A stretch of 64,000 bases of DNA from positions 1 through 64,000 of the forward strand of contig LVLI01000158.1 of the NCBI GenBank assembly GCA_001687465.1, given 5' to 3'. Below are positions 47,719 to 61,197 of the stretch, in pieces; position 1 is the first letter of the stretch, and each line of letters starts with the position of its first letter. The notes under the pieces were generated by a model, which saw only the letters and a list, made by a program, of their open reading frames with translations, did no database searches and was not told the origin of the DNA. The position numbers and the translations under genes are program-made. The stretch comes from Halocafeteria seosinensis (taxonomy: Eukaryota).

Positions 47719-50700
47719 CTATTTCTTCTTGATGTTGCTTATCTGTGCAGAATTAAGCATTTCATGCATCTGCTGCAAAGCTGAACTAACGCGCTGCTTC
47801 GTTTTCGGTGGGCAGAGCTCTTGTTGGCTAAATCGCAAGGAAGAGTCGAAAGGCACTTCAGGAGTTTTCCGCGAGATTCGGGATCGGCTAGCTGCTTCAG
47901 TAGAAGATACGGATTCCTCGTCATCCGCTTTGGGCAGCGGCTCTTCTTCCTCAATCTCATATCCAAATTTGGAGTGCGTTTCATACTGGGGTCCCGCCTG
48001 GGTTAAATGAGCTCGAAGCGTTTCTGTGTCAATTTCTAAATCCCACGCAGGGTTACGGGACTCATTCACAACACCGACCAGTTTGCCGACCAATGTTCCC
48101 TCGGCAAGCCGAGTTCCTATAACGTGCCCGTCGAATCCACCACTAACGATTGTCTCGGGCACGCCAGGGTTTGAAGCAATGGTCAATACCTGAACCGCTT
48201 CCGAGTGTGCGGACAAATGCCAGTCTAAAGTGACAAGAGCCGGGGCAGAAACTATGGGTGGATCCACATGATTAGGCAACTCAGCCTGCATTGAAAGCCA
48301 TAGCTGCTTCTTCTTGTTCAGCGGTTGGTTCATAAATTGCACTTCGGGGAGTAACGCTGTTAGTGTTTTGGCTTTATGCGTAAAACGCAATATAGAATCT
48401 CGATGGCCAGTTTCCATACCAAGCGAGTGTCGTCGTTGAATACGCCGCGTGCCACCAACGGTCTCAGTTTCTCCGATCTCAAACACTTCATACGCTTGAA
48501 GGAGGTTTTTCAGATTCCAGCAGCAGATGTGTCCCTCGTCGTCTCCAGTGTAAAGCCTGCTTGCGTTGGAATCATACAGGATGCTGGAGACAACAGGAGG
48601 CTGATTAAATTCGCCCGAAGTATCGGATTCGGAAGAATCTTCAAAGCTGGAAGCTCTCCCCGAACTACTGTTGTGTACCTTCCACCCTGCGGTATCGCTT
48701 CCAGTTGGCGAGCTCTGGGTGGGGGTCGAAGCGGGTCTGTTCCGCCTATTGTTCTGCGAGGTTTGTTGCTGCATCGCAGACTCTAGCAAATCTTCTACTT
48801 CCTCAGAGCCCATATGGTGTTGGAAAGACGTCGGAGTGTGGTGGAAGGCAGCAATTGGTGACAACGATGACGAAGTAATTTGCAGCTTCCATAATATTAC
48901 AGCTCCTGAACCGCCAAAATATAGCATACCGTGTTGCGTTGTTATTGATTTAGACTGCGGGGAGACTTACCACCTTCGTCGGCAGTTACCAGAATCGATT
49001 CGCCCCTTAAAAATTTCACTCTTGAAATCGGTGAATCGAGCATTTCTTTGGCTACTACATGTCCAGTAGCCGCTTGCCACACATAAATCATCCTATCCTT
49101 CTGAAGTTACGTCAAAGAGGGGGTGTTGATAATGTATATGGGACATGGGTCAGGTACGAAACACACACTTACACCCCCAGTGACAATTAAGCCACTTAAT
49201 GAGTAACAATCAAGACACGTGATATCATCCGAGTGCCCAACAGCCCACGTGCTATGAGCCCCTGTGGAAGCTGATCGCGAATCAGTTTCAGACTGGGGCA
49301 TGCGGCGACTATGCTTGTCACGTATTGTTTCGCGGCCTCGTCCCGCAACGCCAGAAGTTGAGGCCTTCAACTCTTGATTTCCTGGTAATTGTGAGCTTGG
49401 AGACGTGAATACCTTTGCTCCCGAGCCTCTTGATACTGTTATAGCCTTCGGCGCTTCGCGGCTGTGAAGAGCATTTACCGTCCGGTGATGCAGCACTTGC
49501 TTGTCCTTTCCAACGGAGACCAGGTCCTGCACACGCATAATTCGAGCACACGCATCGAGCCATGTGCGATGTATGAAGAATAGAGAAGCAGCCTTGCCGA
49601 CCCACGTACATTTCCATAGAATTCCAGCGATACTACTTCCCCGGTGTGTCCCGAGAGTCTGTGTAGCATATGCCCCGTGAGGGTACCATGGAGCTGCAAT
49701 ACCCAGCCACAGTGATAGATTGATTAACACAGCAGCTCATCCGAGTCACAGGAACGGACACATACCTGTATGGATCCGAGCTCTGTTCCGAGAAAGAACA
49801 ACCCCGAAGTGGAGTCGACCAGCATGCAGGAGATGGAGGACTTTGCTATGTCGCGGAACTCTCGTTGAAGCTTGCCCGTCAACATACTCCAGGTATACAC
49901 TGAGCAACCAGACGAGGTTAAAATACTCCCATGCTTACTGTCGTAACCAATACCCGTAACAGAATCTCGATGGGCTTTATGCTTCATTTCTTTGCTTTCA
50001 AGCTTGCGGTACAAATAAATATCTTTGAAAGCACACATAAATTGAGGTCGAACAGGATGGCAAATATCGAAGCTTCGAAGAAAGGTTTTCGATGCCTTGG
50101 TGCTTTGTCCAGTTATTTCATCTTCTGTGACGCTCATATTATACACTGGTTTGGTGGGCTGTCTAAGGTCCCATATTTTTACTTTGCCATCAATGGAAGC
50201 CGTCAATATCTGTATAATGTGATAGCATAACGTAAAACCGCTTTGCTCCCAGCGAAAAGAGAATACCGTATACTCACTTCTGAGGAATTAGGGATTCCTC
50301 GTGCAGCTATCAGCGGCATGTCGTGGCCACCTAGTGTGTGTAGCCGTTTCGGTGTCAGAGGCGAGTAAACTCCACATTCGTGATCATATGAAGCCGTTAA
50401 CAACACACGATATGAATCCTGGTAGTCAACATCTACTACACCTCGCCTATGTCCAGTAAATTTCTGCTCACAACAGAAAGAAAAACCTTTGGCTTACGCT
50501 TGCGTTCACCAGGCGCTACTCCTGGCAGACTTACGAGCACTTCACTGCTGGTGGCCAAGTCAAAAATCTTTGCAGTTTTGTCATGACTAGCCGTGGCCAG
50601 AGCATCCTGAGCCGGAATATCCACTATTTTCGTAATTATGTCATCATGCATAGACACTGAAGACACTTCGCACGCGTCGCGAATGTTCCAGCTATGAAGG

Positions 50701-52247
50701 GATCCCAAGGACGAACCGGAATACAAAATGCTATATCGGTCAATGAACTTCATACATTGTTGTGAAGATCCTGTGGGCCATGAGGTCATCTTGGTGCCCA
50801 TTCTACTTCCGAGCTGAATATCCCACAGCGTAATTGTGGAGTTTGCAGAAGCAGTCAACAAGTACGGCTTGGAGAAGCTATCTGTGCTATGGTTTGAGCT
50901 CAAGCATTCAAAGAAGAATATATCCACCTTGAAGGGCTGAGGTATACACTTACGTGGACTTGCAAAGCATTCAATGGCTTCCACAACATTATAGTCCGAC
51001 TTTCCTCCGGCAGTCGCAGTCGAATCCTTCAGTGTTCCCAGCTGCATTGCATTCACAGTGATACGATCCTCGTGTGTAGGACCATGGTTTCCTTAGAAAC
51101 TTACATGTGCAAGGTTGTCCGCCTTGAGAAGCTGAACTCCAGAGCCTTTGGCTTCGACTGTTGCTATCGCATCAATAACCGGGATGTATTGAATTAGTTC
51201 AATTGATGATCTAACTTTTGCTTGCGATGACGATTTCGTTTCTGTGGTTTGAGAGGCCATTTTTCTTTGAAGTCGCTTTTTCTCTTTCTTTTTCTCTGGG
51301 TCGTTCATCGTTTCGTTGATTTTCTTTTCGACAATGTGACTAAAGTCATTAGATGTGAGTGACTGTGACACGTTACTCGTTGAGGCCTGGTTATTGAAAA
51401 TTTGCTGGAGTCTTCGGGTCAGTCTGGCTTGCTTCGTCGCTGGTTCTTCCTCGTCCGAGGATGATTCGGATTCGACCCACTCTTCTTCAACACCTTCTTC
51501 TTCGGGATTATACCGTTGATACGCTTCTAAGGAATGAATAAACTGTGGATCCACAACCACTTCACTGAGATGCATGCAAAACGTGGCATACTGGTTCCAC
51601 GTGACGATTCCTGCTTTGGTGACATCCAATTCATCAAACAAGGCCATCAGACGGTACCGCAGTGTTTCTTCGTCCAGCACTTGTCGCTGGAAGGACGGTA
51701 CTGTCGACTCGCCCCCTCCTCTCCCTTTTCGTTCTGTATCTCCCCGCGTACGAGTTCTGGAGGAGGAAGAAGACGTTGAGCGTAAGGTCCGTCCCGCCAC
51801 TTTGGAAGTAGCTCCAGCTCGGGAGCCCGCGGGTGTTACGGTCTCCTCTCCCCATGTTTCTTCCTCGTCCAGTGATGAGGAAGCCGCCGTCGTAGCACGC
51901 CGTACCGTGGCCCCGGGACGCATCGTCGCCCCGTAGGAAGGAGGAACGCGCACTTTGACTTCGGCGTTGGGGCCCAGCAAACGGAGTACCACCTTCGTAA
52001 ATTCCTCCTGCACACTATTATGTAATTAATGAATCAATCGAACACACAGCATATATGGAGGAGAATTACGTACTCGAGTTAATTGCCCTCCATGCTGTTG
52101 GAAAATATCCTTGATTTCCTCCAATCGGTTGTCGTAGATATTCAGCACCAAATCCACCACTTCATACGAGAACGCCAATAATTCATGATGGAAAGCTGTA
52201 CGGGGCGAGTATACACTTCCTCCTCCTCCTCCATTGGCCTCCGTCAT
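47719..52247 (-). CDS. EF-hand plus WD40-repeat protein (WDR49/CFAP337/EFCAB8-like), multi-exon
   Basis: LFDELDVTKAGIVTWNQYATF EF-hand; many WD repeats (TASANSTITLWD, ATASHDKTAKIFD, TASIDGKVKIWD, YTGDDEGHICCWN). Confidence 0.85.
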
Positions 52248-52620
52248 TATGCAAGGCAATGGAATGGAATGGACTTAACGCATACACATGCAGGAGGCTC
52301 TATTTGCCCTCTACTTTCATACAATACAGTATATGTCAACAACGATTCTCTCTCTCTCTTTTATTGGAAAAAAAATTGACAATAATGGTAATCATTCATT
52401 GGTGTCGTATTATATATATATATATATGTAGGTACCGTAGCATTGCATACATGCCAATTTGAATTTCCATGGACCATGGTCCATGGTCCATGGTGGCTCA
52501 TTCACAAGGGCAGAGACATACGGTACAAGCATACCACACACCTACAAGTTAGTCCCAAAATCACAAAAGGAATTGTTAGCTACTAGTAACGGAAAAACAA
52601 AAAGACGAAGAAGAAGAGTT

Positions 52621-53814
52621 ATGAGGCCACTATTTACGATTCTCGTTTTTCTACTTCTCCTTGGTCTAGGAGGAGGAGGAAGTGATGCAGTGGAGTGTGA
52701 TATGCAGCAAATCCACACTTCGACGCATTTTGACCCGCCGTCGAAATCTTCGCAGATGGAGGATATGACACAGTTGGACCAATGGGCCGATGGATTACCC
52801 GTGAAAGGCTACAGCCCACGCTTAAGTTCGACGCCAGAACTCGAGGAATTGTACTCGGTGACCCACGTGGATGGACAAAAGAATAAAATAGAATGGCAGT
52901 GGACGTGCCAGCATGATTCCGGGCAGGCCTCCAGTAGTAGTGCTAGTATGAATGCGCACTGTTATCCCAATGGGGATTGCAGGCGTCAGGTTATCGATGA
53001 GTTTATTACGCCCAAGGAAGCGACGACGCTCGTGAAAATTGCGGAACGCGGAATGAGAGATGCACCAAAAACAGGAGGACCGACGATTTTCGACATGGAC
53101 TCGGGCAATGTTAAATTTACGGGAGGATTTACCAACATCTATCATCCCCGGTATCGGACCAAGGCCAATCCAGGAATTGTCGACTTCCATGAGGACCACT
53201 ACGAGGTTTACCGAAATGTCATTGAGCGCATTCGACTACAAGTCCAAGAGACCTTTGGAATTAAAGGATTATATTTTACTGCACCTACTTTTATCACCAG
53301 GATCGTCGGTAATACCACTCATTGGGCGCCGCAAGACATTCACGACGAATACTGGCATCCTCATGTGGACAAGAACAACACCCCACATTATGATTATTCC
53401 GGGTTACTATACCTCAACGATTATGGAGTCGATTTCTGCGGCGGGCTCTTTGACTTCTTGGATGAGGACGGTCGGCACATTATCGAACCCAAGAAAGGTC
53501 GCCTCTCCGTCTTCAACAGCGGGCAAGACAATTTACACCGTGTAAGTCCTTTAACTCTCTTTCTCCTGTGATTTTATTCATCCACCGGTTCTTTGAAATT
53601 GGCACAGGTTAATTTTGTTTCCACGGGCACAAGGTATGTCATGTCCATGTGGTTCACCTGTGATAGGACCTATCACTACTCCAGCTTCTTAAAGGGTACT
53701 CCCCACGAGAGATATTTAACAGACAAGCAAAAGAGGATATTCAATCAGAAGAAACAACAACAACGGTCCAAGAAGAAGTACCCAGGGAACCCTTCAAGCA
53801 AAACAGAATTGTGA
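52621..53814 (+). CDS. OGFOD3: OGFOD3-like 2OG/Fe(II) prolyl-hydroxylase-family protein with signal peptide and KTEL
   Basis: PTFITRI, HDEYWHPHVDK, DYSGLLYL, GGLFDF, EPKKGR...FNSGQDNLHRV, GTRY; intron ~53542-53607. Confidence 0.82.
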
Positions 53815-53865
53815 CCCATGCCGCTACAGTAAGATCAGGGAGGAGGAGAACTACAGCAGCAATGG

Positions 53866-55363
53866 TCAACCTCCGGAACCGTATCCATCCAGATTGTTGT
53901 TTTTCTCCATCGCCAGCAGCGCTTCCTCGTCGGTCCCACTGTCTGCAGACCCTATATTTGTCAATGGTTGATAGCTTCCATAAGCATCAGCACTTGTTTC
54001 ATCATCTTTGTTACTGGAAGAAAATGCTCGCCGGAAGATGGATTTCGGTTTCGAGGCTTGCCGCTCATGTGTGTTGATCGGAGCCGACATCTCATCTGGA
54101 GACTGGTCCAAGAGGTTTTCTGCCTCCCCCGCCGGTCGACCTTTTAGCTTAGGCCGTTTAAAGAACTCCCTTAGGGTTCGTCGTCCTTTGTCTCGCGCGG
54201 GCCAAGTAGCAAAGCAGATGGTGGCAGCCGCGCCGCATTCGACACCTACGTGGACAATGTAGAGGAAAGCGAGGTACTCCTTGGGATCCTTCACCGGAGA
54301 CACTTGGGTTGCAAACAGCACGATCACACTCACAAAGAGTACCACTCCAAGTATAACGCTAAGCAGTAGAGCTAATGTTGTTTGAACCGCCATCTTGTAG
54401 ACAGGTAATAATCTAGCCGCATAGGTATCTGTACTCTGATCCCTCACTTTTTGAATAACTTTCCATGAGCGGTACAGGAATATCAGGCCTGCAAATTCTA
54501 AAATGACAACATATCCTGCCACTACCGTATTTGCAACGTTGCTTAAAATAAACTCGAGATGGTTGTCTTTCTCGATTCCCACCGCAAGGGACAGGGGGAC
54601 CACAATAGCTGACAGAATTATCATACTGACAACAACGGAGCATGTCATTCGAGTGCTAACATGCTGATTCTTTGCAGCTGCCATTATATCGGTCCACACG
54701 AGTACGAGACACAAATAAGAAGCAATCTGTAAGGGTATGCACGCGCCCCAAGCAATGGAATCCTTTATAACACGTCAAGGAATCCAACTTGTTAAACTTA
54801 CCCAAAATATTTGTGGCAGACGCAGAAACAGTTCCTCGACGATGAATCCCACAACAATTTCATTTTGCACGACCATATCTGCACATCCAAACACACATGA
54901 CCACCACATTGCAGAATCCTCCCAAGTGCCGAGCCCGGAAGGAAGCGAAGTTTGCGTCGCTCAACGTACTTATAAACCAGGTAATGCGTGAGACGGACCC
55001 CAGGGCATTCAACAGGGCCGAAGTGTCCCTGAATGTGAACCGCGGCCTCTGGGGCGTGAGGTAGCACATGTGCCGACAAATGAACTGGTAGACCGTCATG
55101 AGCACTATTAGCCCCTGTATGGTGCACGTCGTGTACACCAGACCTCCCCAGGCCGCAGATCCAATCACATGGATGTAGTTCGTGCCACAATGCTTCCCTG
55201 ACCAAAACTTATCGCATGTACACTCTCCATTATCTCCCACTTCTCCGTGGTGATTACAAGGCTCTGAGCTCCTATGGCCATGGAGCACGACCTCGGTCTC
55301 CACAGCGGCCGCCGTTGAACACAGCAGCAGCAGCCACAGCCACAGCCACAGCCACCTCCCCAT
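53866..55363 (-). CDS. Signal peptide + EGF-like domain + multipass (~7TM) receptor-like protein
   Basis: MGRWLWLWLWLLLL signal; CNHHGEVGDNGECTCDKFWSGKHC; successive hydrophobic helices; cytosolic tail; several introns. Confidence 0.75.
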
Positions 55364-55617
55364 TTCTATCTATCCTAATGACGGTTGTATTAGTATGGGA
55401 ATATTATGTGGCTGATGTCTAAAAAACATTGTAGGTGTGTCTTGTTTTGTTTTGTTTTGTTTTTCCTGAGCTATTGATTGAACAAGGAGACAATCCCAAA
55501 GCAAATGTACCATCTATTGCTGCAAGCCACCGAGGAGACGGTAATCGATACAAGTGTAGTAGATTCTCTCCGTGTAGACTCTACAACATGAAGGATGACA
55601 AGTTACTCTATCATAGT

Positions 55618-58600
55618 CTATGAGCTTTCATCGTCATCGTCATCGTCATCGTCGTCATCATCATCATCATCATCGCTAGAGGACTCCGAGCCTTCGCCTT
55701 GTTGGACAACAGCCTTCCCTTGATCTGAGCCACTGCTTTCTTCCTCCGAAGAAGAGGAGCCTTCCTCATCGTCAGATTCGGAACCGCTTTCACTCTCTTC
55801 CTCATCTTCGTCGGATTCGCTCTCTTCTTCGCCTTCATCCTCGTCAGACTCACTTTCTTCTTCATCCTCTTCTTTGTGGTGGTGTTTCTTCTTTGGTCGC
55901 CCAGATGCTCGAACTTTTCGTTCCTGAGGCTCCCGTGTAGACGGGTCTGTGGGCGTCAAAGTCCAATCAGGTATAGGTCGGTATCCTCGAATAGGATGCC
56001 CCAAGACAAAGGACAATGAGCCCAAGAAAAGTCCGCCCTCAGTGCTTCCAGAAGTTTCCACCTGCGGTGGAGGTTTGGCCGTGTATAGTATTTGTAGCGC
56101 ACGGTCTTTCTCAGACTTCTTCCCCTTGGATAATTTCCCTTGTTTTTCTTTGGTGTTTTCCTCTGCCAACTTCTGCTGCTCCTGGCTTTGTGTTCCTGGA
56201 GCGACAGTCTGCTCGCCGTTTTCATTTTCACCACTCTGCTCGTTCTCTTGTGTTTGCTCTTGGTCCTCGGGAGACTGTTCCGATGGTAAGGCGTTAGAGG
56301 TTTCATCCTCCGCGTTGCCCACAGTACCATTTCCATGCTCTGTATTGTTTTGGGTGTCGATAACGCCTGGCTGCTGTTGGGTTTGCTTCAAGGCTCTTTC
56401 TTCAGCGCGGACTCGAGCAAGGAGTGCTCGCAATAAGCGTGCTCTATCTCTAATATCATAGTCTTTGTCGTACTTCGCTAATTCCAGCACGTAGTAGCAA
56501 AGATTCTTCTGTATTTTGGTAGCATCTTCTCTCAACGCTAATTTCGCTGCCAAATTCACAGCTTGTAACTTCACTGGGGTTTCCTCCTTGCGGAACGATT
56601 GAGCCAACATACGCAATGAATCAGGGGCTAATTTTGCCACCTGAGGTTTTGATTGGAACTCACCAATGATCCATACGATCGCCGCCTTGGCCGAAGGCTC
56701 TGTGACTTTTGTAAGCATACGACCGATACGCACCAAGATGCTGCCATGGCGGGTATCTTGCTGCAGAAGCTGTCGTAAGACAAGTATTGCTTCAGCTACT
56801 ACGCCCCCGTCTGCCGTTGTCAGTAATCCCATCAAACCCTTCAAGCAGCGGTCAGTAACTGATGGAAGTTTATTGGCGACGCGTCCCACTGCTTTGATAG
56901 TGTGTCGCACAAAGTCCTTGTCATCATCTTTTACGTAATTACTAAATTCCGACAACACAAGGGATGCATTTTTCTCAGTAACTATCGAAGACATGATGTC
57001 AACTTTCATCCGCCGAACAAAGGGAGGTTCAGAGTCAGCGGCAAAGAACTCCTTCAGGTGCTTATGAAAGATGTCCGGACGATCATGGGCTATGGCAGCG
57101 ATGCTTTTCAACATAAAGTACTGTACTTCTCGGTGTCCTCGGGAATGACGTAGTAAGGCTTGACCTACGCGGTTACTTAAAGTCCTATCCTTTGGACCAA
57201 TGTAAAAATACATGTTAGCCACACTCGAAACGACGGCAGAATTTCGGGAGCGCAGTAAAGGTAGTGCGGCCTCAATTAAGGCTTTATGATCAGGGTCCAG
57301 CCGCTCCAATGCTGATTTTGGTGTAGAATACATTTCATACTCGTCTTCATCGTCGGAGCTATCTCCACTCTCATCTGAATAAAACCCTTGTTTCTTTTTC
57401 TTCCGGGATTTCTTAGACGACCTCCGCCTCCTTTGCCTTTCTTCCACTTCAGCATCCGTTTCCTTAGTGGGATCCCTGAACTGGGTCCGTGCGTATCTCG
57501 TAAGGAGATTGATGACGGTCACTTGAGCCCAGTCGTCCATATCGGGAATGACCTGACAAAGCCTGCGGTAAACTCCGTGGAGAATGTCGATCCTGTCGGG
57601 GCATACTTCCTCAAACGCCGCAAGAGTCGAACCCAAAACCATCACTGTTTTGTCATGCAATAAATGATCAATTAAATCGATCATATCTTCCTTTTGAGTC
57701 GGATCAACAGCAAGCACTTTCGACAAACAATGCGACGTTGCCTTCCTCACATATGCTGAGCTGTCACTACTTGCTTTCTTTAAGGCAATCATCTGAATCG
57801 GAACGATCTCTCCAACGCGGATACTGCACAATACTCGCAATGCGAGACCTCGAATCAGCTGTGATCAAGACAATAAGTCGACAGTTGTATACACCGATCA
57901 GCAAAAAGAGAGTTAGTTAGCTGCTACCACATACTGGATTGGAGTCCGACATATCTTTCTGAAACGAGTTAATAGCCAAAAGGGCTAATTCCCGACAGGT
58001 TGCGTTCGCATCCGCATGATGTACGAGGTACATGTAAACGAGTTTTTTTAACTCCACAGATTTGATCTGAAGTATCCAGGATGGAAACCACAGTTCTTTG
58101 TTCACGTGCAACAAGACAAGGAGAGAAATACATACCCGGACATTACGAACCACGTCGGCATAGAAATGAGAAACATCACTTCCTTTGCTCATTTGCTGCA
58201 GCAAATGACATAGATAGACAATGAAATTAGCAAATCTTTCTCCCGAGAAAAAGAAGCTCCATTCGATTCCAAGCCCGCGGCACAGTCAGACGACGAATGG
58301 AAGAAGCGGGGCAAANAGAGTTCAAGCACTTACCGCTAGCAGGTATTTCATGCCTTGGGTCTTCTCCATGATACTAGCTTTGGAATCGGACGACTTTTGG
58401 TTGTCATTGAGGAGCTTCCGGATCTCCTCCGGCTGCATATACACCAAATAAAGCAAAATGCATGAATCACGTTCCAGTCAAAAGCTACGCCGCACACTAT
58501 AGAGGAGATTCTCACACATGCCATGCATCTATATTGTCCCTAATAGAGGCAAAAGGACAGATTTGGTCCAAGAGCGGAGAGGGCAAAAACTACAAAAAGG

Positions 58601-58713
58601 GTTTCAACGGGAACCTCTAGGGGGACACGGCGCAATCCTCCTTCGGGGGTACTACATACCGTCATTGACGCTTCATCAAAATATTTCTCCTCTCCCGAAA
58701 CGAGAGACGACAT
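55618..58713 (-). CDS. AP3B: AP-3 adaptor complex beta subunit, lacking the appendage domain
   Basis: GMKYLLA|QMSKGSDVSHFYADVVRNV; ELKKLVYMYLVHHAD...LALLAINSFQKD; LDPDHKAL; LLRSRNSAVV; AKYDKDYDIRDRAR; LGSLSFVLGH...GY..IPDW; acidic hinge. Confidence 0.93.
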
Positions 58714-59050
58714 TGTTCTCTACCTATTGTGTGAGTCGGCAAAAAAACCTGTACAATGCAAGATGCCCAATCAACCAACCAGGCTCAATCAACTCCAGAC
58801 TGAGTCTATAGTTGAATAGACTTCCCGGCAATCGAGCAATCTTTTCGTTCACTGTCAACAAGAAGAAAAGATTGCTGTGTTGGGAGCGTGAAAACTTCAA
58901 CTTCAACACCCCTGAGCAGGGGGGGAAGTCTATGGAGTGGAACTCACATACTATACTTGGTAAATGTGGTTGATCTTTGCTGAATGAGTTCGAACGTCTT
59001 CTCCGGGGTGTGCCTTTCCCCGGGACTGGAAAGTTTGCGTGATTTCTGTG

Positions 59051-60419
59051 ATGTGGAAGAAGGAGGAGGGATCCACAAGCCCAAGCCGTAGCCGACGGAT
59101 TCGTGGTTGGTTCATGGTTGCAATGATCACGGTGGCGCACATCGTGGGAAGGCAGACGAGCAGGGGACTGGGATCTCGGTTGGCAACGTCCTACTCAATG
59201 GCTGCTTTCGCAGTTTTGTGCCATAGCAACAGGCTGCATGTTCGAGCTCAGGAACATGATATGGAGGAGGTAGACGCTTATCCGAATCATGCTGGATACG
59301 TACATGTCCCCAGTGGAGATCCAGCTCTGGAGAGGCCGGTGCAATACCGGTATGAACTGATCCGAGAATTGCCGCACGACCAAACAGCCTTCACGTAAGT
59401 TGTCTTCCAGGTTGCTTAGGTGTTACGAAATCACAGCACCGATTTTTCCAAGACTGCAGCCAAGGACTGACTTTTCACAATGGTTCCATGTATGAAAGCA
59501 CGGGACAATATGGCCTTTCCGAGCTTCGAAAAGTGGATCTCGAAAGTGGAACTGTCATGGATAGCCGGAAAATTCCCGGGAACCGGTTTGGTGAAGGCAT
59601 GTGCATTTGGAAAGATAAAATTATTCAGCTCACCTGGAAATCTGGGTATGCTAGCTTCATCCTGTCTTCCAAGTAAGCTAAGGCGTAGACGTTTTACTTT
59701 CCATTCAGGGAGGGGTATATTTGGGACCTTGAACGATTGGCAAAGCTAGAAAGCTTCAGGTATACGACCGAAAGAAACAACGAGGTAAGAACCTGATGAT
59801 CGGAACGACTCATGAGACACACAAAACTGAGGCCTACCGGCATTGATGCTTGCCACAGGCTTGGGGTATTACTCACAACAACACGGAACTCTTTGTGTCA
59901 GATGGCAGCGCGATGATATATGTCTGGGACCCTGAAACGATGCAGGAAAAAAGACGAATAGTTGTTACAAATTCTCGCGGCCGGCCTATTGACAACATCA
60001 ATGAACTTGAATTTGTAAACGGCGAAGTAGGTGCATGGAGTATACTGTCATCTTTGTCGTGGGTAACACTATGAATCCACACCGCAGATTCTTGCTAACG
60101 TGTGGTTTCGCAAGTGGATTTACAGGATTGATCCCTCCTCAGGAAGTTTACTTGGAAAGATCGACTTTAGAGATCTGTATCCCGAAAGGTAGGTTCCTCA
60201 CTATAGGCATGTTCTACCAGTATTGTGAGATATTACCCCCCTGATTGTGTCTACAGTAAAGAATTTGGTGTTGACTCAGTTTTCAACGGCATTGCGGTTG
60301 ATCAATGTTCCGTCTATAGCCGACAAGCTGGCGCCGGCCGGTTGGACAATGTTCGATTATTTGTTACGGGGAAGTTATGGCCTAAGCTATTTGAAGTGAG
60401 ACTACGTTCGCTACACTAG
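59051..60419 (+). CDS. Glutaminyl-peptide cyclotransferase (plant/bacterial beta-propeller type), multi-exon
   Basis: PHDQTAFT|QGL, YESTGQYG, FGEG, QLTW, WGIT, SDGS, NELE, ANVW, NGIA, VTGKLWP. Confidence 0.92.
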
Positions 60420-60980
60420 AGATGGTGCAGTGCCATTAGAGCCCGTATCTCCTGTAGAAGCAAATGAACGGCAAATCAAGCTCAATTTGTGGCTCAAACT
60501 TCGCTACTGAGCACTGCGGTGATAAACTAGTAAATGGGCGTGGTGGTCCATGGAGGATGCTGGCTCGTCTAGCGTAGCAGTTGACTGGTTTGCTTCCGGT
60601 AGGAGCAATGCTGTAAGCTTGTCAGAATCGAGTGCGCTGCATGCAGTGGAGCGAGAAGTTTATCACTCGATGTGTTCACGAATGATAGAAACTTCTTTTG
60701 GGGGGGCCTCTCGACTAAGTTCGAGATACCGTTGCATGAAGGCTATTGGGTATTAGGCTCTGGTTCCCCTATTTTGCCGTGGAAACCGCCAGCGACCTGT
60801 ATCACTCGCGTTGATAGACCTGCGGAATGGTCGAGAGCTTTCTAAACCTGAAGTTCAGTTCAGCTCTGGGTAAGTGGGGTGTGTGTGTAGGTGCTCTATT
60901 ACTCTGTAGACAAAATTCGAATCAAACGGACAATAAACATGATAAGAAGTAAAGTATACAGTAGCTAACTGTCCGTGGTA

Positions 60981-61042
60981 TAACACCCGCGAATTTTGAA
61001 TAAATTTAATAATTTAGCAAAAATATAAATGTATATTAATTA
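60981..61042 (-). repeat. AT-rich 62-bp element, inverted copy of 38161-38222
   Basis: 57/62 identity by manual alignment. Confidence 0.9.
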
Positions 61043-61197
61043 CAGTAGTTATCATAAGTAGTTAGTGGTATGGAACCGATACAACGATACTAATTCGTCG
61101 TACCATGATATTTTATGAATTAGTGAAGAAGTATGATGTGTTACTTTCTTGCCTGTGCCCTGATACATGAAAAGGAGTCTCTACTATCATTGGATTT

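Noticed and set aside
38161..61042. One giant TIR transposon or Polinton/virophage bounded by the inverted repeats
   Set aside because: The interior holds intron-rich housekeeping genes; no transposase, integrase, polymerase or capsid was seen.
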